Shown one piece after another: positions 57,051 through 64,000 of a stretch of 64,000 nucleotides of DNA (positions are counted from its first letter, which is position 1; the number at the start of each line of letters is the position of its first letter). The notes beneath the pieces were generated by a model. The model was not told the DNA's origin and ran no database searches. It was given only the letters and a program-made list of their open reading frames with translations. The position numbers were made by a program, and so were the translations under genes. Source of the stretch: an uncultured Nitrososphaeraceae archaeon (lineage in GTDB: Archaea > Thermoproteota > Nitrososphaeria > Nitrososphaerales > Nitrososphaeraceae); assembly GCA_963825865.1 (NCBI GenBank), contig CAWGVG010000060.1, positions 160,001 through 224,000 of the forward strand. Direction: 5' to 3'.

Positions 57051-57770
57051 TTGTCTTCATTAAGGAAAAAAAACTTTAGTTTGATAACAACAATATGCAC
57101 AATTGGCATAATAACGATGTTATTGCACGCTTCTAATTTAGCACTATCACCATTAGCAAATGCAGCGGGATCCCGTAATAGTTTAGGGATTGGTAGTATG
57201 CTACCAATCCCCGATAACTTAATGACACCGCCTAACCAAAATTATCCTCTTCCTTCCAATGCAGTTTCAGGCAGCGGTATTCCAAAAAATATGATAGTAG
57301 GACCATCGTGTGTAAGTGGTTGTCAAGCAATAGTTGGCACAAACAAGGATGACATCATTTACGGAGTGCCGGTAACAGACGCCACGATATATGGTCTAAA
57401 CGGTAACGACTACATAATAGGAGGAGCAGGTAATACTAAACTATATGGGGGGGATGACAACGACAACATTAATGCAGGTTTTGGAAATGCCCAAATGTAT
57501 GGTGGAAAAGGAGATGATGTACTCATCGGTGGAAGTGGAAATAATATCATTGTCGGTGGACCAGGAAACGATCAGCTATTTGCTGGAACTGGTTCTGATA
57601 CTTTGATAGGTGGGCCTGGTGCAGACATTTTTAATTGTGGCTCACAAACCAGTAGCGGTGGCTCACCATCGTCTGCTGTGATACTGGACTTTAACCCAGG
57701 AGAGCAAGATACCAAGTCAAGTAACTGTAAATATGTGTTTACGCAAGGTAGTTATCCAGCAGTTCCATGA
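57051..57770 (+). CDS. Secreted RTX/hemolysin-type Ca-binding repeat protein
   Basis: Signal-like N-terminus; GGxGxD nonapeptide repeats; GADIFNCG..I.DFN...D...NC. Confidence 0.88.
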   Translation: MSSLRKKNFSLITTICTIGIITMLLHASNLALSPLANAAGSRNSLGIGSMLPIPDNLMTPPNQNYPLPSNAVSGSGIPKNMIVGPSCVSGCQAIVGTNKDDIIYGVPVTDATIYGLNGNDYIIGGAGNTKLYGGDDNDNINAGFGNAQMYGGKGDDVLIGGSGNNIIVGGPGNDQLFAGTGSDTLIGGPGADIFNCGSQTSSGGSPSSAVILDFNPGEQDTKSSNCKYVFTQGSYPAVP

Positions 57771-58213
57771 ATGGAATAACTGTCTATATATGTATAAGGT
57801 TGATTCTGCGTAAACAACAAACTACAGTTCCAATATGATTATAGCATTATCTCATTAGATTGTTGCATTGTGCCCACTTTACTTCTACTACCAGTTATTC
57901 TATTTTCAGATTATGCACACACAATAAAAAACATGAAAACTATATAATAATGTGGCAATTCAGACGGAAGTTGAGAACAAGAATTAGTGATTAACAAAAA
58001 TTTTGCCATAATGAATAGAACAACATGAAACCTCTACGGCGATTTTATTCTTCTTCTTGTTAATTTGATATTGCGGTCCGCGATAATTTTTTCTGTAGAA
58101 CAAAAACTAACCTAATTAGTGAATCAATAGTGGTAAAATTGATACGAGTGATTTTTGGATTACTTAAAATACCTGTTTTACGGTTATATACTAGTAGTAG
58201 GCTGCTCTTAAAA

Positions 58214-58936
58214 ATGATAAGTCATTATCCTAATGCTGATAATAATAGTTCCACTATTGCTATGAAAGTGGAGAGTCTTTGTAGGGTATTTAAATCCTCA
58301 TCAGGACAAGTGGTAGCTGTTAGGAACGCTAATTTTATAGTAAGTAAGGGCGAGTTTGTATCAATCGTGGGTCCATCTGGTAGCGGAAAGTCTACTTTAC
58401 TAAATATGATTGGAGCCTTAGATAAACCTAGCTTTGGTAAAGTCGTAATTAATGGAATAGATATTTTTTCATTAAATGATAACGAGATTTCACGTATGAG
58501 AAATAATTTGATAGGTTTCATTTTTCAATCGTTTAACTTGATCAATAGAGCCACAGTTCAGAAAAATGTAGAGTTTCCAGCCATAATCTCTGGTCTGCCC
58601 AGTAAAGAAAGGAAGTATCGTTCCTTGAAGCTTCTAGACCTTCTGGGCATCAAACGTAAAGCTAATTTCAAACCGCCTGACTTGAGTGGAGGAGAACAAC
58701 AGAGAGTAGCAATAGCAAGAGCACTTATGAACAATCCTACAATAATCCTTGCTGATGAGCCTACAGGGAACCTAGATACTAAAACAGGAAATGAAGTTTT
58801 TGATTTGCTCACGACTCTTTCCAATAAATTTAGAAGAACCATAATAATGATTACCCACAATCCTGAACTTGCTGAAAAGACAGACAGGTCAATATACATA
58901 AAGGACGGAAGAATTGAAAAAGAAGTTACCAATTAG
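58214..58936 (+). CDS. ABC transporter ATP-binding protein (LolD/MacB type)
   Basis: GPSGSGKS, LSGGEQQRVAIARAL, LADEPTGNLD. Confidence 0.95.
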   Translation: MISHYPNADNNSSTIAMKVESLCRVFKSSSGQVVAVRNANFIVSKGEFVSIVGPSGSGKSTLLNMIGALDKPSFGKVVINGIDIFSLNDNEISRMRNNLIGFIFQSFNLINRATVQKNVEFPAIISGLPSKERKYRSLKLLDLLGIKRKANFKPPDLSGGEQQRVAIARALMNNPTIILADEPTGNLDTKTGNEVFDLLTTLSNKFRRTIIMITHNPELAEKTDRSIYIKDGRIEKEVTN

Positions 58937-58985
58937 ATACTACACCTACATCAGATCAGAAAAGATAATGGAGTGGTGAGGGGGC

Positions 58986-61080
58986 ATGGCTCATAATCCA
59001 GCTAATAAAACAAAAGTAAAAAGAACCGTAACATCAAACATTCTATATTGTATATCTCTCATAGGATTGATATTTTTTTCAGCCGTTATAAATCCAAATA
59101 ATAGTGATAAAGTTATTGCTACTTATGCTCAGTCAATTAATAATAATAATAATAATAATGGTAATAACTCTGCATTTAGTGTTAATGGCCCCTATAGTGA
59201 TAAGGCGCCTACATTCTTAGATGCATACTGGACAAACAACCCAAGCGGTAACTTCATCGGTACCCACTACTACCCCCAATTCGCCGCCACTAAAGACAGA
59301 GGTTGGTCCTGGCGATGGTGTAGCCACTCTCGCGGTGGTGTTATCTAATAGGGGACGATCAGATATCACTGGAGTCACTGGCTACCTAGACCTTCCGGCT
59401 GATTTCAAGCCAATTGCAGGAAAAAATAACGGAACTTCTCAATCTGTAGCTGGATATTATTCCGTAGTTAAAGCAGGAAGTACATTTGTTTTATATTTTG
59501 ATATGTCTGTTCTAAAACAGGCTAAAGTGGGAGGATACTCTGCGTCACTCAATATTAAGTATACAAAGATACTAGAAGTTGGAGAACTAATGGCAAGAAT
59601 TACTATTCCTTTTAGACTTACTGGAAAGGTAGTTTTGAATACAGTGTCAAAGAATACAGAATTAATCCCAGGGATGCCTAATTACATAAAGATGGCTCTT
59701 CAAAATATTGGTACAGCCAATGCGACAGGGGTCGTAGTTACGGTTATAGGGGTGACAGGGAGCAACATTATTAATAGTGTTAGTGGTAGCACTGCTCCTA
59801 CTACTACTAACACCAACAGCAATGTGAGCGTTACGGGGACAAGTACAGGACAACAACCATCCTCTCTTTCTTCTATTCCAGCAGCAAATCTGGGAGCAGA
59901 AACATTCAATGTTGGCACAATACCAGCAAATGGCGTAGTAGAAATAGATCCTATAGTGTATCCAACCGCATCGGCTGGTGAAACTGCAGAGAATCTAGCT
60001 CTCCAAATATCTTACGGGGATGCGTATGGTAACCAAAAGGCTATCAATCCACAAGTCGGATTCGTAATAACACCGAACCCACCACAATCTGTTTTGAATG
60101 TCACTAGCAATAATGGAAATGCTTTGATTCTAACAGCTGGCAAAATACAGAATATGAGTTTCACCCTTGCCAATAATGACAAAAGACCAATAACTAATGT
60201 AGTAGCTACTCTTAGTTCTCAGTCTAGTTCCTTGAATATTCTTGGAGATTCTAGATGGACAATGCAAGCCGTGTCAGCACAATCCAAGCTGAATTTGTCG
60301 ACCAAAGTGTTTGCATCTGCTAATATAGTTACTCTACCTTCTCTATTTACATTAACAGTACAATACATATCAGCAGGACAATCAAAGTCAGACTCGCTTA
60401 ACCTTGGAGCATATATCACTGGTGAAATCAAAATACGGATATACGATGTAAGTTTCAATAAAATAGGCAATATCCCTAACCTTGTTGGAAATATATTAAA
60501 TGAAGGAAATACAGTTGGATTGTTTACTACTGTGGAAATGGTGAAGCAAACCTCATCAACGCCTACAAAAAGATCAATAAGTGACCTTGTGACAACTGTG
60601 CCTCCTCCTCAATATCTTGGAGATCTTGATGCAGATTCCCCGCTACCATTTAGTATTCCGCTTAGCATCGACAACAAGACAATATCAAGAATGCCTCCTG
60701 GTATTTATCCAGTCACACTTAAAATTACATATAGTGATGATTTGAAGATTCCACATCAGTTAATTCTTAATAATACAGTTAATTTCCAGCCTGCACGACA
60801 GCCTAGCACTAGTGAACACCTAAATTTCTTTGGGATTGACTTAGGAGCAGTAAGGGGAGGCATAGGCAATAACTTCATAATAACAGCTATTGTTGCTGCT
60901 ATAGCAATAGTCACAGTATATGCTATTATTAGAAGAAGGTCTAAGAATCGCAGGTTGAAGACAAGTCAAGAAGAAGTAGCCAAAGAGTCCTTCCTAGATG
61001 ATTTTTCTCCTGCTTCTTCCTCCTCTTCTATCGATCAAGGTATATCTGATGACGTGAGAAAGAAGAAGAAGACGACATAA
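58986..61080 (+). CDS. COG1361 S-layer-domain-like membrane-anchored protein (frameshift near 59250)
   Basis: N-terminal TM, EVGPGDG..LAVVL.NRG, Ig-like repeats, QYLGDL..DSPLPFSIP, C-terminal TM followed by RRR. Confidence 0.85.
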
Positions 61081-61273
61081 AAAAGATCATGATATGATAT
61101 TAGAGAAATATTTCTTGATGGTTTCATATTGCGATGTGGCCATGAAGTTCTTTTCTTCTTTTTGTTGTCCTTTCTTTAATTAATTTGATATTATTGAAAA
61201 ATTATGGCTAACAATATATTTTGTCGCAGCCGCTGACTCGAAGAGACGTATGTGTCAAAATATAGGAATACTC

Positions 61274-61875
61274 CTATCCGCTTTGTATTACTTCACAATT
61301 GCCTGCTGTATCGTCACCTTGAGTTAAATTAAAGTCCAATACAATATCTACTCCATCTCCGCAGTCAAAGTAATCTGCACCAGGCCCTCCTATCAGAACG
61401 TCATCTCCTGCTTCTCCATACAATTTGTCGTTGCCATTTCCCCCTATCAGAACGTCGTCATCGTCACCCCCAGCAAGGATATCATTTCCATCTCCTCCTT
61501 CTATGTAGTCACTTTGAGCGCCTCCTTGAATTATATCATTGCCCTCGTCGCCAAATAATGAATCGGCATCTTCATCACCCTGAATTATATCATCTCCTCG
61601 CGCTCCGTGTATAATATCATTTCCTGCTAAACCGATTATAACATCACTTGCATTAGTACCCGTTAAACGGTCATCTCCAGTTGATCCGACCGTCACAGTG
61701 AATTGCGCCGTTGTACGCACGGCACTAGCGTTGGTACTTTGTCCTCCACTAATCGACAGTGGTGCTAGGATGTCTGCTTGTTGTGCCAAGGCATTTGAAA
61801 CCGAGAGAATTAAACCAATCTTTACTATGGAATTATTATTATTATGGCGATAGCTGCTTCAATTGATCTTGTCAT
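61274..61875 (-). CDS. RTX/hemolysin-type Ca-binding repeat protein (signal region frameshifted)
   Basis: Multiple GxxGxD repeats; GADYFDCG.G.D.VLDFN..QGD..AGNCE. Confidence 0.88.
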
Positions 61876-62054
61876 TATAATATTTCACTTTGAATAAATT
61901 ATAATATGTTTAAGGACTTTTTTTTGAAAATCAATTCATTAAAACTAAACCGTCGTTGATATTTATCTGTAACTATAATGACAGCCTTTGTATTTTAGAT
62001 ATACAATAGTTGAGAACGTTGCAGATAGTAGCATTTTCTCAAAATTTTGATGAA

Positions 62055-62465
62055 TTGGTGGATTCACCCGTGGGCCTAGCAGCATTCATGATCGACCACG
62101 ACCCGCGTAGTTACAAACTAATCTCACAGGCGTTTGATGGACACCCCGGAGGCCTTACCTGAGACGATGTACTCGACAATATCACGCTCTTCTGGCTGAC
62201 GAACACGGGGATTTCTGCGGCTTGTCTCTATTGGGAATATTTATATATTGACAAGGGCAGCCACTTCGACGTCAAAAATGTCTCGATCCCGGTTGCCGGG
62301 AGTGTTTTCCCTGACGAGATCTATCAGGCCCCGCTGGGCAGAGCGGGCGTATCCTAAACTCATCCATTACAACAAGTTCGACAGAGACGGACACTTTCGG
62401 CCTGGGAACAGCCGCAACTCTTTTCAGAAGAGGTTCGCGCGGGCTTCAGACCACTGCGGAAATAG
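62055..62465 (+). pseudogene. C-terminal fragment of a bacterial-type epoxide hydrolase
   Basis: DSPVGLAAF..DHD, LT*DDVLDNITLFW, VFPDEIY, GHF.AWEQP.LF; in-frame TGA; GC-rich. Confidence 0.8.
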
Positions 62466-62506
62466 GGGAGCAGAGGATGTTCTGATACCTGAGTAGAATT
62501 TTAGAT

Positions 62507-62668
62507 GATAAAGTAAAGATATGCTTTTTGACAGCAAGTGGAATAAATCACGAGGAGTTTAAAAAGAAAGCAGCTATTGCTAGCATAAATGATATTGAAA
62601 ACTGTTTTTTTATCAAGCCAATTGAAAATGAAGAGTTGATAAATAGAGTAAAGGCACAATTATCGTAG
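62507..62668 (+). pseudogene. C-terminal fragment of a response-regulator receiver domain
   Basis: KVKICFLTAS...FIKPIENEELINRVK. Confidence 0.7.
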
Positions 62669-62971
62669 TTGTTGTAGTATTTTATCTTAAAAAATCAGCC
62701 AATATTTAGATGGTACAGCTTGTTAATCTATTAACTTTTGTCAAGAATGTAATTTGTCACTTTAAATTAAAAAAGTGTAATTTAATAATGGGTCAACAAA
62801 GACAACAAGAAAATCAAATGAATGTTAATAGCGAGCAGTAACAATCACGAACCTGAAATCCTAGAACAAGGTGATATCTATATCAAATGACAATAAATAA
62901 AATGTATAACTATAGTTCATTAATTAGAAAAAACACATAGTAAAGTTCTAAATTAGCATGTACAAACTAAC

Positions 62972-63842
62972 CTAAAAATCTGAAAGTGTCTTCTGCTTTT
63001 CTGATAGTAATAAGGAAGAAGGCGGTCCTTTACTTATTTCCTTATCCTCCCATCTTGCTTCAGACAATCCAATCATTTTTCTGAATGTGTTTGCAGTCCC
63101 TGGACCAAAACCAGCATAATGATTATTTGCTGATACTATTGCCAGTTTAACGTCAGATTACTACGTGGTTTCTTCTTCTCTCCTTTTTCAACCCTTTTTA
63201 CATAGTGAGCCCATCTTTTCATTTCACTAGCTCTGTCTTTCTGTATCTTGCCAAAATCCTTTTCCTGTATAGTTCTATCACCAATCAGCCTAAGATACAG
63301 AAAATCTGTAGTTACTACTGGAGGAGTTCGTATTTCTGTTAGTTGACTCCATGCCAAACAGATATTGTTATTGGCAAAGAAATTGTATGCCAAATCCTGG
63401 AACCATGATCTATCTCTTACTTCTACTGCATATCTGTAGCTGGAATCGAGCAGCGGTACAAGATTCTTTAAGATTTGCAAGTCCTTCGACTATACCAAGA
63501 GACGGAGGTAACTGGATTAGCAGAGCCAAGATCTTTTGTCTAAGTCCAGAAATTGATTTAAAGAAATAATTTAATTCCTTTTCAGAGTCTTTTTTCAATC
63601 TTTTATCATGAGTTATAACTTTTGGGAACTTTGGCAAATCTAAAATTATCAGGGGTTCTATTGTACCAATTCTTTACTGTAAAAGGATTAGGAATCCTAT
63701 AAAATGAAGAGTCAATTTCTACAAAATCAAACACTTTGGAATAATATGCCAGCCATTCAGAGTTTTCAATATGATGAGTAGGATAAAATGGACCTTGCCA
63801 TGCTGAGTAACTCCAGCCTGAGCAGCCTATATAATATTTCAA
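62972..63842 (-). CDS. DUF72 family protein (several frameshifts)
   Basis: IGCSGWSY..W...FYP, VEIDSSFY, QLPPS, EVR..SW, YLRLIG, NNHYAG. Confidence 0.9.
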
Positions 63843-64000
63843 TTATTTGTAGAAAGTATCCGTAAGTTTAATATTTTTTGGTACTATTGACTATTGACAT
63901 TTGAAAACTACATCGGTTTATGAAATGCAAGGTATGTTACTATTAATTGGTTACATAGTAATATCGTATTCCTAGACTCAGGATTATTGTCAAGTATTAT

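Overview
AT-rich archaeal chromosome segment. It is most likely from a soil ammonia-oxidiser of the Nitrososphaeraceae (Thaumarchaeota/Nitrososphaerota), judged from the archaeal PheRS/TrpRS, L15e, tRNAs lacking encoded CCA (two with introns), a cupredoxin, a PQQ dehydrogenase, a COG1361-type protein and IS6/IS5 elements. Many genes, including the essential pheS, are split by 1-nt frameshifts, which points to long-read indel errors, so pseudogene calls are cautious. Housekeeping genes (pheT, pheS, trpS, coaD, rpl15e, an aspartase/fumarase, suhB, hsp20, a DEAD-box helicase, three tRNAs) are interspersed with accessory genes and decayed fragments. Highlights: (1) a canonical 59-bp integron attC site joining the end of one cassette gene to a GC-rich bacterial-type RidA gene; (2) two divergently transcribed HiPIP-like Fe-S protein genes without export signals; (3) a secreted lysyl-oxidase-domain protein with intact Cu/LTQ residues next to an IS5 element; (4) a CysRS paralog that has lost two Zn ligands and the anticodon-binding domain. 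All family calls come from motif recognition, not database searches.
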